Source: Wolbachia endosymbiont of Fragariocoptes setiger (GTDB lineage: Bacteria > Pseudomonadota > Alphaproteobacteria > Rickettsiales > Anaplasmataceae). Taken from it: DNA of 64,000 bases. The notes below the pieces were generated by a model. That model ran no database searches and had not been told where the DNA came from. It was given only the letters and a program-made list of their open reading frames with translations. Of the stretch, positions 32,870 to 42,631 are shown one piece after another (positions within the stretch are counted from its first letter, which is position 1; each line of letters opens with the position of its first letter). The stretch spans positions 4,188-68,187 of the forward strand of contig JAHRAF010000005.1 in the NCBI GenBank assembly GCA_019061405.1, written 5' to 3'. The translations under genes and the position numbers were made by a program.

Positions 32870-33397
32870 TTATTCTTTTATATCATTAATTCTACTATAT
32901 AGTTCTAGTTTGATTATATTATTAATTTTATCAATGTAATCTGCGAAACCTCTATACTCCTCATCAGTATAATTTTCACCAGAGGCTTTTTCTTCAATAA
33001 ATAGTTCTTTTAATTTGGATAAATCAGAATCTTGATCACTCAATACAATATTTCTTTCTATATAGATAAAGTCTGATAGTAATAAACTTACTTTTAGCAA
33101 ATCTTGACTAGATACATTTGAAAGATTATCTAAGTTATCTATGATATAAAAGAACTCACTTTTATCTTGAGCAAATTTTTTATCTTCCATAATAAGTTTA
33201 TGATGATTGATAAACTTATCATCGAAAGCTTTATTAAGATCAACGAAATTAATGTCATCGTTTTTAGTATTATCAAGCAACATATCCATTCTTGCCATAC
33301 GGGCATTCATTACATCATTATAGTCATTAAGCTCTATCTTACCATCTTTATCTTGAAACAATCTATAATAATCAAAACCTTTAAAGTTCTTCATCAC
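32870..33397 (-). CDS. Acidic hypothetical protein with two EF-hand-like loops, coupled to virB6-4
   Basis: ATGA overlap with the virB6-4 stop (33394-33397); loops FQDKDGKIELNDY and DNTKNDDINFVDL. Confidence 0.7.
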   Translation of the reverse strand: MMKNFKGFDYYRLFQDKDGKIELNDYNDVMNARMARMDMLLDNTKNDDINFVDLNKAFDDKFINHHKLIMEDKKFAQDKSEFFYIIDNLDNLSNVSSQDLLKVSLLLSDFIYIERNIVLSDQDSDLSKLKELFIEEKASGENYTDEEYRGFADYIDKINNIIKLELYSRINDIKE

Positions 33398-36300
33398 TTA
33401 TCCTCTTTTTCACTATGAGTTTCGGGTTTTTTATCATTTTTAGTAGTTTCATTGGTTTTTTCATTCTTATCGATAAAATCTTCTCTCTCAGGGTTTTTAG
33501 ATGCACCTTCTTCTATCTTTTTTATTAAATCTTGTCTTATTTTAGATTGAAATTTTTCAAATTCTCTAAAATCATAACTATGATTATCAACAGAATTTCT
33601 TCTTGGATTAGTAAGTTTAATGGGTCTTGACTTTTTACTATCGCCATCTATACCTGCTTTTTCATTTATGCTTTTTTGCTTGAAAGTTTTAGGTACATTT
33701 TCACTTGTTTGTTTTTTTAGTCCTGCCAGTTCAGAATTATCTATAGAATGCCTTCTTTTATTAATCAATTGAATAGATTCAGATTTTTTACTACTTATTT
33801 GCTCAAAGCCTACTTTTTCATTTCTTTTTTCTTCAGTTGAATAGTCGAAACTTATATTATTTTCTTTTAATGCATCTTCTTCTTTACTATTTTTTCTCTC
33901 AGTTTGATTGAGTTCAGAATTCTCATTAAAGATTGACGAAAGATCGTATACTCCAAAATCATCAGAATCAACTTCTCTTTTTCTTTCCTCTCTTTCAGTA
34001 CGTTTCTGATAACCATCAAAAAATGAAGATAGATAATTATCTTCATTCATTACGTCATCATCGGTTAATCCTTTTCTTCCATGATGATCAGAACTATCTT
34101 TAAAAGCTTTGACTTCTTCACTTTGTTGATCCTGATTAGGCTTGTCTTTCTCAGGTTCAACCTTACTACTAATCACCTCAACTTCTTCTTTACTATTTTT
34201 TCTCTCAGTTTGATTAAGAGCAGAATTCTCATCAAAGATTGACGAAAGATCATATACTCCAAAATCATCAGAATCAACTTCTCTTTTTCTTTCTTCGCTT
34301 TCAATACGCTTTTGCTTTATTGCATCTTCATCGATAAATCCTTTTCTTCTAGAAGTTTGATCATCTTTTTCTATTTCTTCACTATTTTTACCTTCACTAG
34401 GATGACCTTTTTCGGGTTTAATTTTTCTACCAATTGTTTCATCATATAGCTTTTGTAAAAAATCCTTTCTATAAAGCTTTGCCATGTAGAGTAGATCATT
34501 TTTATGATCAAATTCTCCTGGATTGGTTTTCTGATCAGATTTTCTTCCTATAGAGTGAAGACCATATGACCAATAAAATTTCATAGCATCATTTAACGTA
34601 TAACCTAAGTGTGACCCCACATACCCCTTATAATAGTTTAAATACTTATTAATTTTCCTATGGCCAATATCATCAACATCTTCTCCAAATGCTCTGTAAA
34701 TTTTTTCCTCTAATTTAGCAACATCGTTTTTAGGCGATGTAATAAATTTTGTTGTCTCAATTGCACCGTAAACCAACGTACGTGGTAAATATTTTAATCC
34801 CTTACCAATTACTGGCACTCGACCCAAAAGGTTAGTTGTTCCGTCAAATAAACGACCAGGTACACTAGTAACTCCATTGATAACACTACCAATATAATGA
34901 CCACCTATATTACTTAGTCCGGACAATAAGTTCATGAGAGGAGCACCATCACCGTACATACTAGAAATAGTATAAAACGACCTTCCACCTGAAAGAGCCG
35001 CACCAATTTCTTGTGCTAAACTAAGTAACGAGTATATTAATAGTGAAAGCATAAATAGCATAAATACCTCCACCAAACTAATCAGATCACCCTGTTGAAT
35101 GTCTTTTATTCTCTGATAATCGCTATTTTCTTTATAATCCCCCTTTATTTTGCCTAACTGACAATTGTTTTTTGTTATTCTTTCTTTAATCGAATCTTTT
35201 ATTTTGTCTTTTCCTAAATCTAGCCTCAGTTTTTCACTATTATTTATTTCTTGATTAATTTTCTCAATAAGAATTCGCATATCCAGTTTATCTGACGCAT
35301 GTAATAAGCTATTTGTTAATCGAGCCAGACTTTTTGCATAGTCACCACACCCACCATCACTCAAGATTATGTCACTATCATCTATGTAGTAATCAGATTC
35401 AGGAAAAGGATCTAAAAATGGGTAGTCTATATATCTAAATCGTGATTTATCATAATTAGGAGGAATGGGAATATAACCAGCACCACCAGTAAATTTCACT
35501 GTACCAGGACTGTGACTAGTAGCTTGAGGAATAGAATAGGGAACAAAAGTTTGACCAGGAGTCCAAGAAAAATATTCTTTATCGACAATACAAAAACCTC
35601 CAAACATCCAACTTGGAGCACATAACTTAACCTCTAACCACTTATTATAACACGTAGTAAAACCCAGTTGTTTATAGATAGTATTCATTATCAATGCACC
35701 AAATAACGACACTAGAATAAATACCATCACTGATTGAAGGCAGAAACTTATACACAACTTCACCCAACCATCAAATAAATTTTTTAATTGCGCGAATAAA
35801 ATACAAATTAAAAACAATGGCATCATTGCTATTAGAAAAGCTAAACCGAGAAAGCCAGAGAGAAACATAACAAATGCATAAAAACAGAGTATGGTATATA
35901 AAATTATACTCATTAAAATCATTGGTATGATAAGAATACTCACCCACATTTTATAAATAAATAACCCTAGTAACTTCCTCCAGAATGAATAAGAAAAAAA
36001 CTTGTATAATATAGTTTCTATGAAGGGAAATAACACATCATTATCTGAATTTGGCATAAAGTTAGTAACAGTTTTTATAAGCTGTTCAGTACCATTCACA
36101 AATAAAATCAAGAAGTTGTTATAAAAAAATTCAAAGCTACCAGGAGATAAAAGTGTTACTACCAACGTAACCTTTATCATTCTTATGAGTAGATCATGCT
36201 TTGTCTGTTGAATCATACCAAAAAGGTAGAGAAGAGATGAAATCACTATAAATAGTACAAGTAAGGCAAATACAAAATTACGAAAACTTAAATTATTCTC

Positions 36301-37281
36301 AGCAATATTTTTGAACATCACTTGTGCAGCTGCACATAGGTTGTCATCATTATCACTATTTGCACATTGCTTGTCGCCCTTGACACAACAATTCTTATTA
36401 CTAGAAATCAAAAGAGTATCTTTCAAGAATTTATATATAACATCAAGAATTTTTACTCTTCCTTCCTGATCTATTACCCCATTTAAAAACTCAAATGAAT
36501 AGCCACCTGCATTATTATAATAATATTGATCCAATATCTTAACATATATTTCCCATCCTGATTCCAATTTAACAGAGTTACAACTAGCATCTTTTAATTT
36601 GTTACTTCCTAAATGAAAAATTCCATCTCCTTGTTGCGCTACAGAATTATAACCCATATGTACAGTACATGATTTAGGATAACGCATAGTTTCTAAAGTC
36701 TCATTTGGATCTGGATCATTCGGTTTTCTAAATAAAAGGTAGGCACCATAACCATTTCTAAACCAACATGGTTTAGAGTTTTCTCCAATCCGTTGACAGT
36801 TACCACAGTTATTTGCAGAAGTAGATTCATATTCACTACAAACTAAATCAAAATTAGGTAGGTGATTATCATCATCACCAAAATATTTCAACTGCTCTAA
36901 TTTTTGCGGATCTACATATTTACTTTTTGCCTCTCTTGCATTATCTACAGTCCATGAGGTCCAAGCACCACTTGTTCTCACTCTTAAATCCTCTCCATTT
37001 GTCTTAAACCCCGTCTTCTTCCATTTTACTACTTGATTAAAGTGAAAACCCCAATTAGGAGTACCTTTATCATCATTATATTTACCATCTAATGGAATAA
37101 ATTCATCTTTGTCAGCTTGAGAAAAATAAGCATTCACTCCAACAGGTTTAGGGCCAAAATAATCGGCTGACAAACATCTTGGGAAAGGTATATCTTCTCT
37201 CGTAGGGCTACAACCAATTACCATGATAAATGCCGCAAAAAGCAACAACCTAATCCAACTCTTACCTGAATGCAATGGCAT
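33394..37281 (-). CDS. virB6: Type IV secretion VirB6/TrbL paralogue 4 (long, repeat-bearing C-tail)
   Basis: Lipobox VIGC; TrbL-type membrane core (RMIKVTLVV..L, LFDGWVK); fourth virB6 of the operon. Confidence 0.9.
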   Translation of the reverse strand: MPLHSGKSWIRLLLFAAFIMVIGCSPTREDIPFPRCLSADYFGPKPVGVNAYFSQADKDEFIPLDGKYNDDKGTPNWGFHFNQVVKWKKTGFKTNGEDLRVRTSGAWTSWTVDNAREAKSKYVDPQKLEQLKYFGDDDNHLPNFDLVCSEYESTSANNCGNCQRIGENSKPCWFRNGYGAYLLFRKPNDPDPNETLETMRYPKSCTVHMGYNSVAQQGDGIFHLGSNKLKDASCNSVKLESGWEIYVKILDQYYYNNAGGYSFEFLNGVIDQEGRVKILDVIYKFLKDTLLISSNKNCCVKGDKQCANSDNDDNLCAAAQVMFKNIAENNLSFRNFVFALLVLFIVISSLLYLFGMIQQTKHDLLIRMIKVTLVVTLLSPGSFEFFYNNFLILFVNGTEQLIKTVTNFMPNSDNDVLFPFIETILYKFFSYSFWRKLLGLFIYKMWVSILIIPMILMSIILYTILCFYAFVMFLSGFLGLAFLIAMMPLFLICILFAQLKNLFDGWVKLCISFCLQSVMVFILVSLFGALIMNTIYKQLGFTTCYNKWLEVKLCAPSWMFGGFCIVDKEYFSWTPGQTFVPYSIPQATSHSPGTVKFTGGAGYIPIPPNYDKSRFRYIDYPFLDPFPESDYYIDDSDIILSDGGCGDYAKSLARLTNSLLHASDKLDMRILIEKINQEINNSEKLRLDLGKDKIKDSIKERITKNNCQLGKIKGDYKENSDYQRIKDIQQGDLISLVEVFMLFMLSLLIYSLLSLAQEIGAALSGGRSFYTISSMYGDGAPLMNLLSGLSNIGGHYIGSVINGVTSVPGRLFDGTTNLLGRVPVIGKGLKYLPRTLVYGAIETTKFITSPKNDVAKLEEKIYRAFGEDVDDIGHRKINKYLNYYKGYVGSHLGYTLNDAMKFYWSYGLHSIGRKSDQKTNPGEFDHKNDLLYMAKLYRKDFLQKLYDETIGRKIKPEKGHPSEGKNSEEIEKDDQTSRRKGFIDEDAIKQKRIESEERKREVDSDDFGVYDLSSIFDENSALNQTERKNSKEEVEVISSKVEPEKDKPNQDQQSEEVKAFKDSSDHHGRKGLTDDDVMNEDNYLSSFFDGYQKRTEREERKREVDSDDFGVYDLSSIFNENSELNQTERKNSKEEDALKENNISFDYSTEEKRNEKVGFEQISSKKSESIQLINKRRHSIDNSELAGLKKQTSENVPKTFKQKSINEKAGIDGDSKKSRPIKLTNPRRNSVDNHSYDFREFEKFQSKIRQDLIKKIEEGASKNPEREDFIDKNEKTNETTKNDKKPETHSEKEDK
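33876..34311. repeat. ~130-bp direct repeat (33876-34005 and 34182-34311; period 306 bp) in virB6-4
   Basis: Two copies of ERKREVDSDDFGVYDLSSIF(D/N)ENS(A/E)LNQTERKNSKEE. Confidence 0.9.
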
Positions 37282-37366
37282 ACTTTAAATATTCTCTCAA
37301 CAGACGAGTAACAAATTCAAAAGATCTTACTTTTAGTATCTTGTTACCACATTTACATACTTTAGT

Positions 37367-40303
37367 TTAATCAATAGACTTATCATCAGAAGAAATCTTT
37401 TCTCCTATATCATTAGAAGAACCTCGACTACTTAGTGCTTCAGAAGTATTTTTATCTTCCTTAATATCTGGTTTTAAATCTTTTTCACCACCAGATTGAA
37501 ACTTCATCCTTGTAGGATCTCTACTTGATTGAGATTTGATGCTCTCTATCATACTTTGAGTATTATTATCAAGACCAACAGTTGATAATATAGATTGTGA
37601 TGCACTATTAGCTAAGAAACTAATAGAACCTGCAAATCCATTACCAGTGTTCAATATGCTTTGAGCAATAGTTTCAGATAATCCAACAAAAGACTTCATT
37701 ATATAAGCAATAATGAGGTATATGAATACTTGAATTAAATCAATAGGTAGAGCAGCAAAGAAACCATTTGTTTTTCTACCATCTAGTACATTTTCTATAG
37801 ATGTATCAGGATTATATCCAACTGGTAACATACCATGAAAAATACAAAAATCAGTATCAAAAATATACACACTCATTACACACTGGTTACATGCTGCAAA
37901 GTTTGTTAAGTTATATAAAACCGAATACATCAACTGATTTAAAAGGGATAAAGATAAAAATAGAATGATTGGTTGTAGTGCAACATGAGCTATGGACTTA
38001 ATCCAACCATCAAATAAATACTTTGTTTGTTGAAATAAAATAAATACAATAAATAAAGGTGTTAATGAAAGCAAGAATCCACACAGAAGTATAGCGATAA
38101 TATACTGTATTATTGCACCCATTATGCATTTAAAAAACACAAAAGTGGCATGAAGTATTACTCCAAATGCTATAAAGCCGAAAGGTCCAGAAAAAATTAA
38201 TGATAAAAACTTTAACCAGGTTTCTCCTGTAAAAAATATTCCTACAGTTGAATCTAAGAATGCTAAGTTTTTATTCTTATTATCCGCGATAAAACCAGAA
38301 AAATTATTAACCAATTGGTTACTTCCATCAATAAAAAACATAGACAAGTTTTTTCCTAAAATCTCCCAGCTTTTATCACTAAAAGCAAATGCTATGAATG
38401 CTATTTTAGTTATCCTTATAATGAAATCATAATTGTTTAGCTGCACTGTTCCCAGCATATAACCTATAACAGAAAACATTAAATACAAGATTAATAAAGC
38501 TCTTACGGTAAGAACTAATCCTTTTCTATATCCTTCATATGTTTCTCTAACAGTATTTACAATGCCATCACCTTGAGATTCAGAACCTTTTACAAATTGC
38601 ATTAACCTATCTACAGAGGATGAAAGAAAGTTATTCACATTCTTTTTTAAGTTTAAGGTTACTGTGTACTGATTATTTTCATAGTAATCACGATTACTAT
38701 CTGTAATATCACTTTTCTCAATATCACGAAGATCAACTCCAAAATATATCTTTTGAGGTTTATCTTCTAATAAATCACGCGCTTCGATTGTATACTCTCC
38801 ATCTTGCTTATAATATTTAATTCCACCTCCTATTTGTTCTGATATTTTGGCTACTTCATAACCCTCAATTTTATCCCCTTTTGGACGATCATTACCTATA
38901 TATAGGTATAGTTTATTTCCTTGATTGGATATACAAGATTTACTTACTTTTACATGATAACCGCCACGATTAGCACTACGGTCTCCATTATTCGCTATTG
39001 CAAGCATAACACTGCTTTCATGCTTCACATGTGATTGCACTTCGTATTCATGGTCTAACTTTAAAGAAAAATCCTTAAAATCCTCAGTAACATCTGTACA
39101 GATACCACTATTACCTTTTGGAAGACACTGAGTACCTTGAGAATCATAATCCATATCATCATGTTTCGTAGAATCGTCAATAACAATGCTAGTCGCAGAT
39201 ATTTTTGCAATAAGTGCTTCAGCCCAAGAATCTTTCTCGATAAGATCTTCAGCCCAAGAATCTTTCTCGTTTTGACCACTTCCTTTTAACTTTTCTATTT
39301 TATCTTCTATTGACTCAAAATAAGAGTACATATTACACTTATTCTCTGCATCATACTTTCCATATCTTATTGAGGAAACACAGTTTTGATGTGAATTTTG
39401 TAAAGTCCCATTCCACATACCACTGTCATTATAGCAAATATTTTGATTATAACAGTTCAACTCATAAGAGTTATACTTTTTTTCTTCACTATCATTTTTA
39501 TCTTTGCTTGACACAACTTTATTTAATGCTATCTTGTGTCGACGTAAATCTAATAGCGAACCTATCTTCCATGGACTATTGTCCTTTATATGCTCTACAT
39601 TAAAATGAACCTTGTTATCATAGGGGGTATATCCATTCCCGACTAAAATATCATATTCATTGTCTTTCGAATCTTTATCTTCTAATGACTTGAGATCTGA
39701 TTCAACACATTTATTCTTATCCTGTATAAAGAATTTACCACCCTTACATATTGCATCTGTACTAGCTTTTTGCTTACATTTGTTATCTAAATAATAATTT
39801 TCGTCTAAAGTTACACCTTGTAAATTGTTACAATTAATTTTCATTTTCCTTGGTATTAAACTAAAAGTTAATTTATCACCAGGATTAACCTTAATTTTAC
39901 TATCAATGTAACGTCTTTTTATCTCTTCTTTCTGAAAAACTCCTAAACATAAAGATGATAAATCTTTACCAAAATTATCTTCTACTTTATTAATGTATTT
40001 TGCTTGATCGTAATTAGGTTCTGAACCATCAGCACAAAATACAGCAGGAACTAAAATTTCCACAGGATTCTTACCTTTTTTTTTCGGACAAAAATCAATT
40101 TCTCCATTAACATTAAATTTTATTGACTCCCCTTTACTAATTACTTGCTCTGAATCAACCCAATGCATTACAGAGTTCGCATCATCTTTACGTAGCGGAA
40201 CCTCAACATGAAAACTAATGTCTCTACTCTGTAAACCAGGTTCAACACAGTCCATGTTACAACTAGTAATAAAAAAACATAATATTATTATCAATAATCT
40301 CAT
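37367..40303 (-). CDS. virB6: Type IV secretion VirB6 paralogue 3
   Basis: Lipobox ITSC; TrbL core (IRITKI, PLFIVFILFQQTKYLFDGW). Confidence 0.9.
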   Translation of the reverse strand: MRLLIIILCFFITSCNMDCVEPGLQSRDISFHVEVPLRKDDANSVMHWVDSEQVISKGESIKFNVNGEIDFCPKKKGKNPVEILVPAVFCADGSEPNYDQAKYINKVEDNFGKDLSSLCLGVFQKEEIKRRYIDSKIKVNPGDKLTFSLIPRKMKINCNNLQGVTLDENYYLDNKCKQKASTDAICKGGKFFIQDKNKCVESDLKSLEDKDSKDNEYDILVGNGYTPYDNKVHFNVEHIKDNSPWKIGSLLDLRRHKIALNKVVSSKDKNDSEEKKYNSYELNCYNQNICYNDSGMWNGTLQNSHQNCVSSIRYGKYDAENKCNMYSYFESIEDKIEKLKGSGQNEKDSWAEDLIEKDSWAEALIAKISATSIVIDDSTKHDDMDYDSQGTQCLPKGNSGICTDVTEDFKDFSLKLDHEYEVQSHVKHESSVMLAIANNGDRSANRGGYHVKVSKSCISNQGNKLYLYIGNDRPKGDKIEGYEVAKISEQIGGGIKYYKQDGEYTIEARDLLEDKPQKIYFGVDLRDIEKSDITDSNRDYYENNQYTVTLNLKKNVNNFLSSSVDRLMQFVKGSESQGDGIVNTVRETYEGYRKGLVLTVRALLILYLMFSVIGYMLGTVQLNNYDFIIRITKIAFIAFAFSDKSWEILGKNLSMFFIDGSNQLVNNFSGFIADNKNKNLAFLDSTVGIFFTGETWLKFLSLIFSGPFGFIAFGVILHATFVFFKCIMGAIIQYIIAILLCGFLLSLTPLFIVFILFQQTKYLFDGWIKSIAHVALQPIILFLSLSLLNQLMYSVLYNLTNFAACNQCVMSVYIFDTDFCIFHGMLPVGYNPDTSIENVLDGRKTNGFFAALPIDLIQVFIYLIIAYIMKSFVGLSETIAQSILNTGNGFAGSISFLANSASQSILSTVGLDNNTQSMIESIKSQSSRDPTRMKFQSGGEKDLKPDIKEDKNTSEALSSRGSSNDIGEKISSDDKSID
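39211..39270. repeat. 30-bp tandem duplication in virB6-3 (EKDSWAEDLI/EKDSWAEALI)
   Basis: 23-bp identical core at 39217-39239 and 39247-39269. Confidence 0.9.
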
Positions 40304-42618
40304 TTTGATCCTTGTGATCTGATCATTTTCATTCTTGGAACCGCAGGCTTATTTTGCTGTTGACCTTGATTCCAACCAGTGAAAGCCTGCAAATGTTTCC
40401 GATAAGATGGACTCGGTTCATGATTAGTATGAGTATTAAATAATGTATCAGACATTATACGAGCAGAACCTATTACCGCCTTCATAGAGTGACCTAAAAT
40501 TATAAATGCTATAATCGAGGTAATGTTAGGTGTGTGTTCTGCAGCATACATATACAAAACACATACAGGAATGTTAGCATCTGATGATATCCATGAAGGA
40601 ACAAAAATTCCTAAATTAAGGTTAAGTACACATTGCGAACACACGGTAAAATTAAAAACTGAATATATAATATAATCCATTGCTCGACCTATCACAGATA
40701 TAAAAATCATCACTATTACAGGAATCATAGTAAATCTCCCTAAATAATTAATCCAGGTAGTAAACATTTTTTTAGTATATGAAAATAAAAGACAAATAAT
40801 AAATATAGGAGAGAGAGAGAGCAATAAAGCAATTACTACTATAGATGTTACCATAACCAACAAGGCGTCAAAAGTTGATAAAAATGTCACCTTTATTCCC
40901 CAGATTAGCAAAAAGAATGATACAATACCTAAAGGCCCAGAAAAAATGAGAGATATTATCAAAAGCACTGAATGTGATGATAACAACCTATTTAACGGAA
41001 GATCAAGAAATGCAAGAACTGAGTCATTTTTACTTATATTTTCTATATTTGCTATTGCGATCAATTGTTTTGGAGCATTGATAAATAATGAAAATAGATT
41101 TTCATAGAAAAAGTTCCAGCTATTATCCTGTAAAAGCTGTACAATAATTCCTATTCTTACACACATAATCAAAAACTCATATATAGAGGAATGAGATAAT
41201 CCAAAAAAGTAGTATAAAGTATATAAGATTATAGATAATACTAGTAATGCTACTATTGTAGATCTAATATTACTTATTTTATCTGATCTTATAAAGCTCT
41301 CATAAATAGTTCTTGTTGGACTGTTTCCACGACTATAGTTACCTAATTGATAATGAGATCCAAAAAATGCTTCATTTACAGATTTATTCAGAAAATTATA
41401 TATCACACTTATATTGTCTATAGAAGGTCTTTTCATTGTAACTCTAACATCGAACGCACCTTCGTTATTATAATTGCAGCCATGATCCCTAATTCCAAAA
41501 TATATCTTTGATTCTCCTTTTTGTAATTTATTCTTTATTAAATCCTTCAAATACTCAGCATCATGGATTCTACTAATATCAACTGGTATATCATCACCAT
41601 CACCTGGTTTATGACTTGGCATACTATTTCCAGTGTGAATATAAAAAACCTTTTCTGGATTTATATTAATATGACGTTTACTCCTAATATTATACCCACC
41701 CTTACCTGAAGAAGAAAATTTAAACTTTAAATTTTCTTCTTCAGGATGATCTACCTTAACTTCATTTTCATAATTAGTTATTACACCACCCTGTGGTGAA
41801 TGTAAAAAATCCTCACCTTCCATACTAACTTTCAGTAATGGAATATAAGTTTGCAATGAAATAGTTCTTTTTACTTTTTCAATAATATCATTTTTAGTCT
41901 CATTTTCTTTTATATGTTCACGTATATCTTCTGTTGACTCAGAGTAAATATAATTACTATCATTACATCCCCTTTTTATCACAAAATTCAGAATATATGT
42001 ATCCATTTCTTTAAAAAGGTTATTTTCAAATTTATTACACCAAAGTTGCTTACTCAAATCAGAATGATTATTTTTTATTTCATTTTTTCTAATTTCTTCT
42101 TTTTTGTCCTCATCCAAACTTATATATTCTGCACCTTTTAACCATTCTTGATTATCAGGAATATACTTATTAGGACAGAATTTAATAGAGGAATCATCTT
42201 TACTCACAATACAAGCATCTTTGTTCAGAATTTTAGCGAAATATTCTTTTTCATTTTCATTACAATTATTATTAATAGATATCATTCTCTCTTCTTTCTT
42301 ATCATTTATGCAAATTTTGTTTGGAATCACACTGAAACTTATCTTATCACCAGGTTCAAGCTTGAATGGTAATTTAATTGTTTTAGATTGATCATCTATA
42401 TAGTTATCAGCATCATTACTATCTTTGCAAAAATTAAGATTTCGAGGAATAATGTCAAGTTCTGTAATATTACCCAGGATTTCCATTTCCATCCATTCTT
42501 TCTGTTTTGTAGAGAGTGAAATTGATCGTTTACTAACTCCTAAATCAGTTGGCTGAATACAATCATTACTACATCCAAAAATGAAGAAAAACGATATGAA
42601 TAATAAAAATTTTATCAT
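40300..42618 (-). CDS. virB6: Type IV secretion VirB6 paralogue 2
   Basis: Probable start ATG 42618 (MIKFLLFISFFFIFGC lipobox); the track start 42756 overlaps virB6-1. TrbL core present. Confidence 0.88.
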   Translation of the reverse strand: MIKFLLFISFFFIFGCSNDCIQPTDLGVSKRSISLSTKQKEWMEMEILGNITELDIIPRNLNFCKDSNDADNYIDDQSKTIKLPFKLEPGDKISFSVIPNKICINDKKEERMISINNNCNENEKEYFAKILNKDACIVSKDDSSIKFCPNKYIPDNQEWLKGAEYISLDEDKKEEIRKNEIKNNHSDLSKQLWCNKFENNLFKEMDTYILNFVIKRGCNDSNYIYSESTEDIREHIKENETKNDIIEKVKRTISLQTYIPLLKVSMEGEDFLHSPQGGVITNYENEVKVDHPEEENLKFKFSSSGKGGYNIRSKRHININPEKVFYIHTGNSMPSHKPGDGDDIPVDISRIHDAEYLKDLIKNKLQKGESKIYFGIRDHGCNYNNEGAFDVRVTMKRPSIDNISVIYNFLNKSVNEAFFGSHYQLGNYSRGNSPTRTIYESFIRSDKISNIRSTIVALLVLSIILYTLYYFFGLSHSSIYEFLIMCVRIGIIVQLLQDNSWNFFYENLFSLFINAPKQLIAIANIENISKNDSVLAFLDLPLNRLLSSHSVLLIISLIFSGPLGIVSFFLLIWGIKVTFLSTFDALLVMVTSIVVIALLLSLSPIFIICLLFSYTKKMFTTWINYLGRFTMIPVIVMIFISVIGRAMDYIIYSVFNFTVCSQCVLNLNLGIFVPSWISSDANIPVCVLYMYAAEHTPNITSIIAFIILGHSMKAVIGSARIMSDTLFNTHTNHEPSPSYRKHLQAFTGWNQGQQQNKPAVPRMKMIRSQGSK

Positions 42619-42631
42619 GATACAGGGTACA

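Noticed and set aside
33876-39270. Direct repeats as a possible CRISPR array
   Set aside because: Only two copies each, in frame within virB6 coding sequence, with no spacers and no cas genes.
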